Positions 28,530 to 38,588 of a stretch of 64,000 bases of DNA are shown in pieces (position 1 is the stretch's first letter; each line of letters begins with the position of its first letter). Made by a program: the position numbers and the translations under genes. The notes under the pieces were generated by a model. The model saw only the letters and a list, made by a program, of their open reading frames with translations, had not been told where the DNA came from and did no database searches. This DNA is from an uncultured virus (IMG/VR IMGVR_UViG_3300036546_000271) (lineage: Duplodnaviria; Heunggongvirae; Uroviricota; Caudoviricetes): the IMG/VR virus record IMGVR_UViG_3300036546_000271; one strand, written 5' to 3'.

Positions 28530-28604
28530 TTAAACGAAAAAATACACAACTATGACAATCTGCATCTAGCTTATTTAAAGGCTAGGAAAGGTAAGAAGTA
28601 CAGA
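28530..28604 (+). pseudogene. Relic of a DGR-type reverse transcriptase N-terminus
   Basis: Translates to LNEKIHNYDNLHLAYLKARKGKKYR, 12/21 identical to RT2 IYDFENLYQAYLEARKNKRYR; no in-frame start. Confidence 0.65.
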
Positions 28605-29266
28605 CAGTTAATAAATATGATTGGTCGAAGGAGCGTGAAGGAATATGCCAGATGTAATATCCAGCTGCACTCACAAAGCTAGAAAAGAACACCAATGCCA
28701 GCTATGTAACAGGAAGATAAATGCAGGAGAAGAATACGATAGACAGGTCAATAAATTCGACGGAACAGTATACACATTCAAGTCACATAAACAATGTTCA
28801 GAAATATCATCGCACCTATGGAACTATATTGATCCAGACGAAGGAATGACGGATGAGGACTTCATAGAAGGAGTGGGGTCTTATTGCTACAACTTTGTAT
28901 GTCCAGAGTGCACCGACAAGGAAGAGGGCGAGTATGGAGATTGCAAAAAGGACACTATAGAAGATTGCTTGTCCAGGATCCACGATAGATTGATTAAAAA
29001 GGGAAGTCCAAAGAGAGAAGGATATAAATGGGTAGACAGATAGAACCACAGGCAACAAAATACATTTATATTTTATATAAAGATAAAGAAATTGTATGTA
29101 TCGTAAACGCAGACGGAGCAATGCAGATGCTAAAAGAAGGTCTAGGAAATAAGAAAAGTTACGAACTATACAGATATCAGATAAATCAGTATGTTAGTCA
29201 AACAAAGAAAAAGATTACTGCAGCAGTCGATATTTATTATTAGAACAATGCAAAGGGGGTGGTAAA

Positions 29267-29492
29267 GTGCAATACTTCTCAAAGATAACCAGGATGAGAG
29301 AAACAGACGAAGGAACGGACCTTCTAGTTACCATACCAGGCGAAAAGCTAGGAAGACAGATCGAGAGAGTGGCATGAGAGGGTCCACAAAGAAGGAGAAG
29401 AGAAAATCTTTGAACTATACAAGATATATGGAATCGTCATAGATAAAGAAACTTTGGTGGATCTAGGATTGACGCACGAAGATATAACTTAG
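29267..29492 (+). pseudogene. Internally deleted DUF968/HNHc-like nuclease gene
   Basis: RBS plus GTG N-terminal piece joined out of frame to REWHERVHKEGEEKIFELYKIYGIVID...*. Confidence 0.45.
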
Positions 29493-29502
29493 GAGGGGTC
29501 AT

Positions 29503-30000
29503 ATGGAAGAAATGAGCTACAGACAAGTTGAAGGAATACTATACAATTATAAGATTATAAAAGCCTCCATAGAAAATAATAAATTAAAGCTGGAGAACTT
29601 AGAGTGGGAAGAGGACATAGACGATGGAGTAGGTGCCATATCATATGGAGAGCCAAGCTCCAAGACAAATAAAATAAGCAGAACAACTGAAATCATAGCT
29701 ATTAATAATATTGAGAAGAAAGACAAGGCCAGAAAAGAACTAAAAAGAAAGATTGCCATTGAGAGCAATAAGATAAAAATGATAGATAACGCATTAAACG
29801 CATTAACGGACCTGGAAAGGACGATAATCGAAATGTTTTACATAGAGAACCTGGAATGGTACAAGGTAGCTGGTAAAGTATGTTACTCGGAAGGTTGGTG
29901 TAAGGAGAAAAGAAAGGAAACCATCAATAGAATATTATACACAATCAATGGAACTGAGCATAAAAAGACCAAAAATGAACAAAAAGTTGACGATTTATAG
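29503..30000 (+). CDS. ArpU/RinA-like late transcriptional activator
   Basis: AL..L...ERTIIEMFY sigma-like HTH; sits before the packaging module. Confidence 0.75.
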   Translation: MEEMSYRQVEGILYNYKIIKASIENNKLKLENLEWEEDIDDGVGAISYGEPSSKTNKISRTTEIIAINNIEKKDKARKELKRKIAIESNKIKMIDNALNALTDLERTIIEMFYIENLEWYKVAGKVCYSEGWCKEKRKETINRILYTINGTEHKKTKNEQKVDDL

Positions 30001-30348
30001 AGGAAACAATTACCATTAAGGAAGAAAGAGGTGGTAAAATGTTAATATGTAGTAGTACGGAAGAGACAAAAGATTAAGGGATGTGTCACACGACAGGCAC
30101 ATCTCTTTTATTATGCTTAAAATGAGGGGTGGGATATATGGCAAAAATAGGGGACCAGTTAAAGAATAAGGATAAAGAAACCTATAATGAGCTTAAGCAG
30201 CTCTTTAAGGATACCAATAAAGACAACAACAAGGAAAAGAATAAAGAAAAAATCGAACTAGGGGATTCAATAGAAAATCTAATGAGGCATGACAGCCATA
30301 AGAGGATAGGCAGAAGAGTAAGACAGGTTAAATGGGGAGGGAAGAGTT

Positions 30349-30648
30349 TTGAAGATACCAGAAAAAATAATCATTAGTGGTATAGAGTATGAGGTAATAA
30401 AAACAGAAGGTCCATTGGTTGTAGACGGATACCAGGTATATGGAATGATAGATTATAACAATAGAAAGATAAAGCTGGATACCAAAATCCAGGATGAGCA
30501 AGGAGTAAAGAGCACATTCATCCATGAGGTACTACACGGAATAGTATTTGATAGACAGATAGATTGGAAGAATTACGGAGAAGAGACTATAATCGAGCAA
30601 CTCTCCAGGGGACTGTACTCTATATTAAAAGACAATGACCTTGTTTAA
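30349..30648 (+). CDS. Small HExxH metallopeptidase-like protein
   Basis: TFIHEVLHGI. Confidence 0.6.
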   Translation: MKIPEKIIISGIEYEVIKTEGPLVVDGYQVYGMIDYNNRKIKLDTKIQDEQGVKSTFIHEVLHGIVFDRQIDWKNYGEETIIEQLSRGLYSILKDNDLV

Positions 30649-30675
30649 TGGCCATACAATAGGTGGTGAAATACT

Positions 30676-32004
30676 ATGGATATAAATATGCAGGTTATCA
30701 ATATAGAAAGATTAAATCCAGCAAAATATAATCCTAGGGTAGATTTAAAGCCAGGGGATCCAGAATATGAGAAACTCAAGAGATCAATAAAAGAGTTTGG
30801 ATATGTAGAGCCTATAGTATGGAACTCCAGGACAGGAAATGTAGTAGGAGGACACCAGAGACTAAAGATACTCAAGGATGAAGGGTATAAAGAGGTCAAT
30901 GTTAGTGTAGTTGATTTATCAGACAGCCAGGAGAAGGCATTAAACATTGCACTCAATAAAATTAGTGGTGACTGGAACGAGGAAAAGCTTAGTGAGATAT
31001 TCAAAGACCTCCAGGAAGATATGGACATCGATGTAGAGCTAACAGGTTTTGAAATAGAGGAAATAAATGATATAGTGGCCAACTTCGATACCACAGAGGC
31101 AGAAGAGGACGACTTTGACATAGAAGAGGAATTGGAGAAGGAAGAACCACCGACTACCCAGGCAGGTGACCTGTGGCTCCTGGGGAAACATAGATTATTG
31201 TGTGGAGACAGTACCAATGGAGAAGATGTGGCCAGGCTAATGGATGGGAAACAAGCAGACCTATTATTAACTGACCCTCCATACAATGTGAACTACGAAA
31301 GCGACAGTGGTATGAAAATTGAAAATGATAACCTAGGGAATGATGATTTTTATAATCTACTCCTAGGAGCCTTTACCAATATGTATGAGGTAGCAAAGGG
31401 AGGTACTCCGATATACATATTCCATGCTGATACAGAGGGGTATAACTTTAGAAAGGCATTCACCAATGCAGGTTTTAAACTATCCCAAGGATTGGTATGG
31501 GTAAAGAACTCTCTAACTATAGGGAGACAGGACTACCAATGGAGACACGAATCCATTCTATATGGGTGGAAAGAAGGTGCAGCTCATAAATGGTATGGAA
31601 AGAGGGATAAGAATACTGTCCTGGAGAGCGATATCGATATAGAGAACTTAAGCAAGAAAGAATTGATAGAGCTAGTAGAAAAGCTTTTAGAGGATATCCC
31701 AGAGACAACAATCAGATTCGACAGACCTACCAAGAATGAACTACACCCTACAATGAAACCTATAGGGTTATTAGGATATATAATTAAGAACTCCAGCATT
31801 GAAGGAAATTTGATAGTAGATTTATTTGGAGGCAGTGGCAGCACTTTAATTGCAAGTGAACAAATGAATAGAATATGCTACACCATGGAAATGGATCCGA
31901 GGTATTGTGACGCTATAGTAAAAAGATACACACAGACTGCAGGGGACGACAAAATAAAGGTTATTAGAGAAGGGCATGCAATACCTTATGGAGAGATAAG
32001 ATAG
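30676..32004 (+). CDS. ParB-like N-domain fused to a DNA N6/N4 methyltransferase
   Basis: YNPR, VGGHQRL, HRLLCGDST, TDPPY, HPTMKP, DLFGGSGST. Confidence 0.92.
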   Translation: MDINMQVINIERLNPAKYNPRVDLKPGDPEYEKLKRSIKEFGYVEPIVWNSRTGNVVGGHQRLKILKDEGYKEVNVSVVDLSDSQEKALNIALNKISGDWNEEKLSEIFKDLQEDMDIDVELTGFEIEEINDIVANFDTTEAEEDDFDIEEELEKEEPPTTQAGDLWLLGKHRLLCGDSTNGEDVARLMDGKQADLLLTDPPYNVNYESDSGMKIENDNLGNDDFYNLLLGAFTNMYEVAKGGTPIYIFHADTEGYNFRKAFTNAGFKLSQGLVWVKNSLTIGRQDYQWRHESILYGWKEGAAHKWYGKRDKNTVLESDIDIENLSKKELIELVEKLLEDIPETTIRFDRPTKNELHPTMKPIGLLGYIIKNSSIEGNLIVDLFGGSGSTLIASEQMNRICYTMEMDPRYCDAIVKRYTQTAGDDKIKVIREGHAIPYGEIR

Positions 32005-32028
32005 AGGACCTTAATGAGGTTCTTTTTT
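32005..32028 (+). terminator. Intrinsic terminator after the methylase gene
   Basis: AGGACCTT-AAT-GAGGTTCT followed by a T run. Confidence 0.55.
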
Positions 32029-32288
32029 AATGCTCTGGATAAGGGGTGATGATATGGAAGATAGAGCTAAAAACATTAATCAGATTGAGAAGTCCATATT
32101 CAAAGCTGCCATAGGATATGAATATGAGGAAAGTGAAATAAAAGCTAACAAGAGAGGCAACACAACAGAAATTAAGAAGGTTAAGAAACATAAACAGCCA
32201 GATGTTAAAGCAGCACTGGCTTACTTAAATATTTTTTGTAGAAAGTGAAGACATAATAGAAGAGCTTAAACGAGTTGGAGGGAGGGGT

Positions 32289-33158
32289 ATGAGCAATGAC
32301 ACTAAATGGCTAGAGATAAAGAAGGAATACTTAAAGAGGACCGTTGACGGAGAAAAGGTCGTACTAAGTGATTTAGCAAAGAAATATGGTGTGAAAGTTA
32401 CCACTCTTAGATCTAGAAAGAGCCGAGAGAAGTGGGATGAGTTCCTAGAGAATGTTGCAACGAATTTGAGCAACGAAAGCAACACCGTTGCAACGGAAGA
32501 CGACGAGAAGAGCAACGAGACCGACAAGTCGCCCAAAAAGGCAAGCAGTAAAGCCGATACAGACTCCAAGGCAAAGGAAAAGATAAAGAGGAGTATCGGG
32601 CAACTGGGCAACAAAAATGCCATAGGGAACAAGGGTGGCCACGGAGCACCGAAGGGAAACAAAAGAGCCGAAAAGCATGGGTTTTATTCGAAGCATCTTC
32701 CGGATGAGACGATGGAGCTGTTCAACGACTTGGAAGAGGCTAATCAATTGGACCTCTTGTGGGACAGTATTAAACTTAAGTATGCTGCTATCATAAGAGC
32801 ACAAAAGATAATGTTTGTTAAAGACAAAGAAGACATGACAGAATATCTTAAGAAGCATAAAGTTATAAAAGGCATGAGCTTTACAGAGGAGAAAGAGTGG
32901 GAACTACAATTTGCATGGGATAAATACGCAACATTTTTAAATGCACAATCAAGAGCTATGGCAGAGCTTAGGAGTTTAATAAAATCTTACAACGAGCTAG
33001 TAGATAAAGGATTGGCCACTAAAGAGCAGGAGCTAAGAGTGCAGAGGTTACAACTAGAAATAGATAAAATGGTTGGAGATGATGCAGGCAAAGAAACAGA
33101 GGAATGGGTAAAAGCAATAGAAAAAATAGCAGCAAAGAGACGTGGTAAAGATGGATAA
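32289..33158 (+). CDS. Terminase small subunit
   Basis: N-terminal HTH, GNKNA.GN.GG.GAPKGN..A.KHG, FAWDK. Confidence 0.85.
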   Translation: MSNDTKWLEIKKEYLKRTVDGEKVVLSDLAKKYGVKVTTLRSRKSREKWDEFLENVATNLSNESNTVATEDDEKSNETDKSPKKASSKADTDSKAKEKIKRSIGQLGNKNAIGNKGGHGAPKGNKRAEKHGFYSKHLPDETMELFNDLEEANQLDLLWDSIKLKYAAIIRAQKIMFVKDKEDMTEYLKKHKVIKGMSFTEEKEWELQFAWDKYATFLNAQSRAMAELRSLIKSYNELVDKGLATKEQELRVQRLQLEIDKMVGDDAGKETEEWVKAIEKIAAKRRGKDG

Positions 33159-34560
33159 AGCATTAATAACACTGCTAGATAATTACTGGAATAATCCAGT
33201 GTGGTTTGCAGAAGATATGCTAGAGTTTTACCCAGATCCATGGCAGGAAAAAGTGTTGATGGATATAGCTAAATACCCAAAAGTAAGTGTGCGTTCTGGA
33301 CAAGGTGTAGGTAAAACAGGATTAGAAAGTATAGTTATAACCTGGTATTTATGCACAAGGCCATTCCCTAAGGTAATAGCAACAGCTCCTACAAGACAAC
33401 AATTGTACGATGTTTTATGGGCAGAGATAGCAAAATGGTTATCTGGTTCCAAGGTAGACAGGCTATTAAAATGGACCCAGACTAAAATATACATGAATGG
33501 ATACAAAGAAAGATGGTGGGCTACAGCAAGGACTGCAGTAAGGCCAGAAAACATGCAAGGTTTCCATGAGGATTATATGTTATTTGTAGTAGATGAGGCC
33601 TCTGGTGTTGCTGATCCAATCATGGAGGCTATATTAGGCACGTTGACAGGTCATGAAAACAAACTACTTTTATGCGGAAACCCTACAAAAACAAGTGGAA
33701 CTTTCTATGATAGCCATAACAGAGATAGAGATACATACAGAACACACAAAGTATCCTCTCTGGATAGCCCAAGAACATCCAAGGAAAACATTGAGATGCT
33801 AAAAAAGAAATATGGAGCAGATAGCGATGTGTTCAGAGTAAGAGTTCTAGGAGAATTTCCAAAAGGAGAGGCTGACTCTCTTATTTCATTAGAGGCAGCA
33901 GAACAGGCAGCAGAAACAGTAGTCGACATTTCTAATAGCTATACCTTGGATGTAGGTGTTGATGTTGCCAGGTTTGGAGATGATAAAACGATCATTGCTC
34001 CAAAGATAGGAAATAGAGTCCTACCACTACAGCAATACTCCAAGAAAGATACCATGGAGACTACAGGAAATATTATTAAGACGGTGGAGCACTTAAAGAA
34101 AGTCCATACACAGATCAATAAAATTGTTATCAAGATAGATGATGATGGTCTAGGCGGTGGAGTAACTGACAGGCTTAGAGAGGTAAATAGGCAGAAGGGG
34201 CTAGGCTATATCATAATTCCTATAAAAAATGGCTCTAAAGCAAAAGATAGCGACCATTATTATAATAAAGCTGCAGAGATGTGGGACACTCTTAGGGAAT
34301 TATTGGAGGAGAATTTATCGAAATTCCTTCAAGGAGAACCAGGATTGATAGAATTGCCTAAAGATGAAAAATTAATTAAGCAGTTATCTAATAGAAAATA
34401 CAAAATAGACAGCAAAGGAAGAATTGAATTAGAGAGCAAGGATGAATTTAAAAAGCGAATTGGTGAGTCTCCAGATAGAGCAGACGCTGTGATATATTCG
34501 TTTGCCAAAGAAGGATACACAGACTTATCTATGTTGAAGGGAGGGAAGGTATATGGTTAA
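33142..34560 (+). CDS. Terminase large subunit
   Basis: RSGQGVGKT, VVDEASGV, GNPT, GVDVARFGDD, SPDRADA. Confidence 0.93.
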   Translation: MVKMDKALITLLDNYWNNPVWFAEDMLEFYPDPWQEKVLMDIAKYPKVSVRSGQGVGKTGLESIVITWYLCTRPFPKVIATAPTRQQLYDVLWAEIAKWLSGSKVDRLLKWTQTKIYMNGYKERWWATARTAVRPENMQGFHEDYMLFVVDEASGVADPIMEAILGTLTGHENKLLLCGNPTKTSGTFYDSHNRDRDTYRTHKVSSLDSPRTSKENIEMLKKKYGADSDVFRVRVLGEFPKGEADSLISLEAAEQAAETVVDISNSYTLDVGVDVARFGDDKTIIAPKIGNRVLPLQQYSKKDTMETTGNIIKTVEHLKKVHTQINKIVIKIDDDGLGGGVTDRLREVNRQKGLGYIIIPIKNGSKAKDSDHYYNKAAEMWDTLRELLEENLSKFLQGEPGLIELPKDEKLIKQLSNRKYKIDSKGRIELESKDEFKKRIGESPDRADAVIYSFAKEGYTDLSMLKGGKVYG

Positions 34561-36052
34561 AAACCTGCTTGCAAAGCCATACCAGTGGTTTAAGAAAAGA
34601 ATATCTGGAGAAATGATGAGAGTAAGCGGCACCACATTTACAACATATACTCTTGATAGTTCCAAAGTTGACTATAGATTAGCTAGAGAGTTATATCAAA
34701 ATAAGAATAAAAAATATGAGCTTGGTTCAGCTTTTGTAAAACCAGTCATCAACTCAACAGTGGGTTTTATGGGAGTACCTCACTTCACAATAGAGGATGA
34801 AGAGGCACAAGAACTATTAAATGACTTTGTGCTTGAAAACACATCTAAAATGATAAGAACTCATAGCAATGCTCTTAAATTAGGAGACTGTTATGTATGG
34901 ATTACTAGGGAGAAAAGAAACAATCCTCTGTATCCAGAGAAAAAAGAAAGACTCATATATAACATCATCCCTCCAGAAGAAGTGAAAGATATCATACTAG
35001 ATCCTATAACAAGGGAGCCTATAGCTTATATCTTAGAGAGTAAGCATGAATGGACAGGAATAGATGGTAGCAGAAAAACTGTAACTATAAAGCAACATAT
35101 AACAGCTGACGAGAGACGCATAGAAATTGCAGGAGACAAACCGGAGGGTATTGAACCAGGAACTTTTCCGAATACTTGGGGATTTATACCCATTATCCAT
35201 TTTAAGAACGAACCAGATGAAACAATGAAATATGGCCAAAGCGATATAGAGCCTATAGAACCATACATAAAAGCTTACCACGATGCAATGCTTCATGCAC
35301 TTAAAGGCTCCAAGATGCACAGTACGCCAAAGCTAAAATTAAAACTCAAAGATGTAGCTGCATTTTTAGCCAATAATTTTGGTGTAGAGGATCCTGCGAA
35401 GTTTGCAAAAGAAGGAGGCACAATAAACTTAGATGGCCATGAGATATTATTTTTAACCGAAGATGAAAATGCAGAGTTTATAGAAGTTAAAAGCTCTACA
35501 GGAGACGCAAAAGTTCTTCTTAAAATGCTTTTCTACTGCATAGTAGACATAACGGAGACTCCAGAATTTGTATTTGGAGTACATACACCATCAGCTTTAG
35601 CCAGTGTAAAAGAGCAAATGCCTATCATGGTTAATAAGATAAGGAGAAAAAGAGAGCAGTTCGCAGAACAATGGCAACTCTTAGCACGAATGGTTCTTGC
35701 GATGTCAAGTCAAGTTAGAGGATATAAATTCTCTGACTATACCGTGTCTTTAGGTTGGGATGAAGTTGACCCGAGGGACGATAAGGCAATGTCTGAAACA
35801 CTTAAAAATATAACATCAGCTTTAGATATTGCATTAAATTCTAACATGATATCAGAGGAGTCTGCGGTAAATTTCCTTTCTAAATTCATAGATACCATGG
35901 GAGACTATCTATCAGATGATCCAGAGGTTGCTGGAGAAAGAGAAAAGATAATGAGAACTAGAAGGTTAAGAAACAGATTTCGAGATTATGAAGGATGGGT
36001 AGATGAGGTTACTGAGATAGATGAAGCTTTAGCAGGTGATGGCGATGAGTAA
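34553..36052 (+). CDS. Portal protein (SPP1 gp6-like)
   Basis: 499 aa after terminase; GFIPIIHFKN...G.SD. Confidence 0.85.
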   Translation: MVKNLLAKPYQWFKKRISGEMMRVSGTTFTTYTLDSSKVDYRLARELYQNKNKKYELGSAFVKPVINSTVGFMGVPHFTIEDEEAQELLNDFVLENTSKMIRTHSNALKLGDCYVWITREKRNNPLYPEKKERLIYNIIPPEEVKDIILDPITREPIAYILESKHEWTGIDGSRKTVTIKQHITADERRIEIAGDKPEGIEPGTFPNTWGFIPIIHFKNEPDETMKYGQSDIEPIEPYIKAYHDAMLHALKGSKMHSTPKLKLKLKDVAAFLANNFGVEDPAKFAKEGGTINLDGHEILFLTEDENAEFIEVKSSTGDAKVLLKMLFYCIVDITETPEFVFGVHTPSALASVKEQMPIMVNKIRRKREQFAEQWQLLARMVLAMSSQVRGYKFSDYTVSLGWDEVDPRDDKAMSETLKNITSALDIALNSNMISEESAVNFLSKFIDTMGDYLSDDPEVAGEREKIMRTRRLRNRFRDYEGWVDEVTEIDEALAGDGDE

Positions 36053-37046
36053 AAAAGGCATTGACCGCTTAATACAAGAGAGTGGTCCATATAAAAAATG
36101 GGCACTGCAGCAAAGAAAGGAATTTATGGAGCTAAGACTAGACCAAGAGCAGGATATTAGAGAAATGTATGAAGATATATCTAGGAGAATATCACTGCAG
36201 ATAGCAGAAGGCAATCTAAAACCTTTTGACGAGACTAGACTTAGAAGAATACAAAGTGAAATTAAAAAAATGATTGATGATTTAAACAACCAACTAACTT
36301 TTAATTTTGATAAGTACATTAAGAAGAACGTAGAAACCGGTTCTTTTTATTCTAAGCAAGTAACAATAGATTTGGTCGAGAAAGCAGGAATAACCAAGAT
36401 AAGTAAAACGATAATAGAAAATACATTTTACAAAATGAATGCAGATGCAGTAGAAGCTATGTGGTCAAGGAGTAGATATGGACTTAAACTAAGTGAGCAT
36501 ATATGGAACAAGAACAGAAACTACAGAAAAAATATCAACAACATACTAGTATCTGGTGTAGCAAGCGGAGAGGATTGCGTAACTGTAGCTAGTGCTATAG
36601 AAAAATACGTAAAGAAAGGCTCTAAAACATTTGCTGAGTCTTACCTGAACATGCAAGCGAGAATGCCAGGCAGAGTTCCAGATGATATATGTTACGAATC
36701 TCTAAGATTAGCAAGAACAGAAATGACATCAGCATATGGAATGGGGACTATTAAATCGGCTTCTCTTAATCCAGCAAGTAGAGGAATTAAATACATATTA
36801 TCCGCCAGCCATCCTAAATATGATATTTGCGACGTAATATGTACAGCGGATAAACATGGACTTGGCCCAGGCGGATATCCTTTAAACTTAGCACCAGATT
36901 ATCCTTTTCATCCTAACTGTCTATGCATAATGACTACAATAAATGAAGAGCCAGAAGAGCTACTTAACAGATTAAAGGCTTGGGAGAAGAATCCTTCATC
37001 TCAACCAGATTTAGAAGAGTGGTATCAACAAAATTATGCCACATAG
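36036..37046 (+). CDS. Minor head morphogenesis protein (SPP1 gp7/Mu F-like)
   Basis: LSEHIW, RLARTE, C..C, HPNCLC. Confidence 0.85.
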   Translation: MMAMSKKGIDRLIQESGPYKKWALQQRKEFMELRLDQEQDIREMYEDISRRISLQIAEGNLKPFDETRLRRIQSEIKKMIDDLNNQLTFNFDKYIKKNVETGSFYSKQVTIDLVEKAGITKISKTIIENTFYKMNADAVEAMWSRSRYGLKLSEHIWNKNRNYRKNINNILVSGVASGEDCVTVASAIEKYVKKGSKTFAESYLNMQARMPGRVPDDICYESLRLARTEMTSAYGMGTIKSASLNPASRGIKYILSASHPKYDICDVICTADKHGLGPGGYPLNLAPDYPFHPNCLCIMTTINEEPEELLNRLKAWEKNPSSQPDLEEWYQQNYAT

Positions 37047-37068
37047 CTAAAGGAGGTGAAAACAAATA

Positions 37069-38451
37069 ATGAAGGTAAAAGTATTAGCTGGTGAACAAAG
37101 AATTGCTAGAGGAGAAATAGACAATGTAAATGCTATGTTGACAAGTATTGCTCCAGGAGACATACCTTTAGCGAAAAACGTTGATATTGAGCAAATGAAA
37201 CAGTTGGACGATGATCCGCTGGAAGTAGTTGTGGAAATACCAGCAGGAAAGAGTAAAAGAGGCTGGAATTATACTCCTAAAGCTCTAAAAGATATAGTTG
37301 ATTACACTATAGAGCATACTCTAAATGGCTTTCTTGGACACCAAAAAGCAGAAGACATATCTACAGAGTTTGTTCCTCCGGTAACTCACTGGATAGGAGC
37401 TGAAATGAGAGGAAATAATGCTTATTTTAGAGGCTTGATCGACGCAGATGCCAAGAGTTTAAAGCGTTGGATAAGAACCAAGAGAATTCAAGAAGTAAGT
37501 ATATTTGGCTTTCCAGATTTAAAAAAGAATCAAATAACAGGAGAAATGGATGTAGTAGGATATGAACCGCTATCTATAGACTGGACTCCTTTGCATCGTC
37601 CAGGCATGCCAACGAAGATTGTGGGCATGGAAATGAATGATATAGCAGGAGAACAATTAGATGGTACATTTGAAAAGCTAAGAAACGATTTAAGAGAAGC
37701 TGCAAAAGTATACTTCAACGCTAATGGAAATGGTAGCTATGTATGGGTAAAAAGCATTCGATATGATAACAACACAGTCATAGTAGAGCATGAACAGCAA
37801 GGACAACCGACTAAGTTATACAGCATTCCATTTACTATAGATAATCAAGAGGTAAAACTAGGCGAAAAGACAGAGGTGGTTGAGAAAAGAGTTTATGAAC
37901 CTGCATCACCTGCAGGAGAAATTAATAAAGGAGGTAATAATATGGACTTCAAAGAATTGATAAGCAATTTAAATGGCCTACTTCAAACCGGAAAGGTAAC
38001 ATACAACCAGGTACTTGGAGAAATGGCTATTACACCAGAAAAGTTAGCTGGTGAAATGGAAGAAATCAAAGAAGCCATAGAAGCTAAAGATACTCTTGAC
38101 AAGGTAAAAGAGGCTTTAGGAGTTAGTGGAGAAATGGATGTAGTTGAAGCAGCAAAAGAAAGCAAAAAAGCACTAGAGGAATCTACCAAAGACAATCTTT
38201 CTAAGACAATAGATAAGGTTGTACAAGAAAAAGTAACAGGAGAAATGGCCCAAGGTCTAGTTAAAAAAATGTTAAAAGTCGATGAAGGAGCCACAGAAGA
38301 GATTATTGCAGGCGAAGTTGACAAGATTCTTGCAGATGATCTGATGAAAAAAATTCTTTCAGACACACATGTCGACCAAGGAGCAGGGGTTGGAATAACC
38401 TCAAGCAAGACTACAAGTGGAAATCTAAGGTTTAAAAAAGCTCATATTTAA
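37069..38451 (+). CDS. Prohead protease/scaffold protein
   Basis: SKRG.NY, GFLGH, VSIFG protease-like N-half; acidic AGE(M/I)-repeat C-half. Confidence 0.7.
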   Translation: MKVKVLAGEQRIARGEIDNVNAMLTSIAPGDIPLAKNVDIEQMKQLDDDPLEVVVEIPAGKSKRGWNYTPKALKDIVDYTIEHTLNGFLGHQKAEDISTEFVPPVTHWIGAEMRGNNAYFRGLIDADAKSLKRWIRTKRIQEVSIFGFPDLKKNQITGEMDVVGYEPLSIDWTPLHRPGMPTKIVGMEMNDIAGEQLDGTFEKLRNDLREAAKVYFNANGNGSYVWVKSIRYDNNTVIVEHEQQGQPTKLYSIPFTIDNQEVKLGEKTEVVEKRVYEPASPAGEINKGGNNMDFKELISNLNGLLQTGKVTYNQVLGEMAITPEKLAGEMEEIKEAIEAKDTLDKVKEALGVSGEMDVVEAAKESKKALEESTKDNLSKTIDKVVQEKVTGEMAQGLVKKMLKVDEGATEEIIAGEVDKILADDLMKKILSDTHVDQGAGVGITSSKTTSGNLRFKKAHI

Positions 38452-38588
38452 TTTAAAGACCAGCTAGTAAAAGTCAATAGAAAAACAGAAAAAATTTTTA
38501 AAAAATAAAACTGTAAAAAAGAGTACACTTAATAAGCCAAAGTCAAACACGAACATTAGCTAATTTAAGAGTAATTTAATAATTAGAA

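Noticed and set aside
30676..32004. Methylase as part of a restriction-modification defence system
   Set aside because: No cognate endonuclease is adjacent; ParB-methylase fusions before terminase are common orphan phage genes.
38464..38480. Promoter formed at the IS110 circle junction (TTGACT plus TACAAT/TATATT)
   Set aside because: Spacings are 8 and 13 bp rather than about 17, so it is not supportable.
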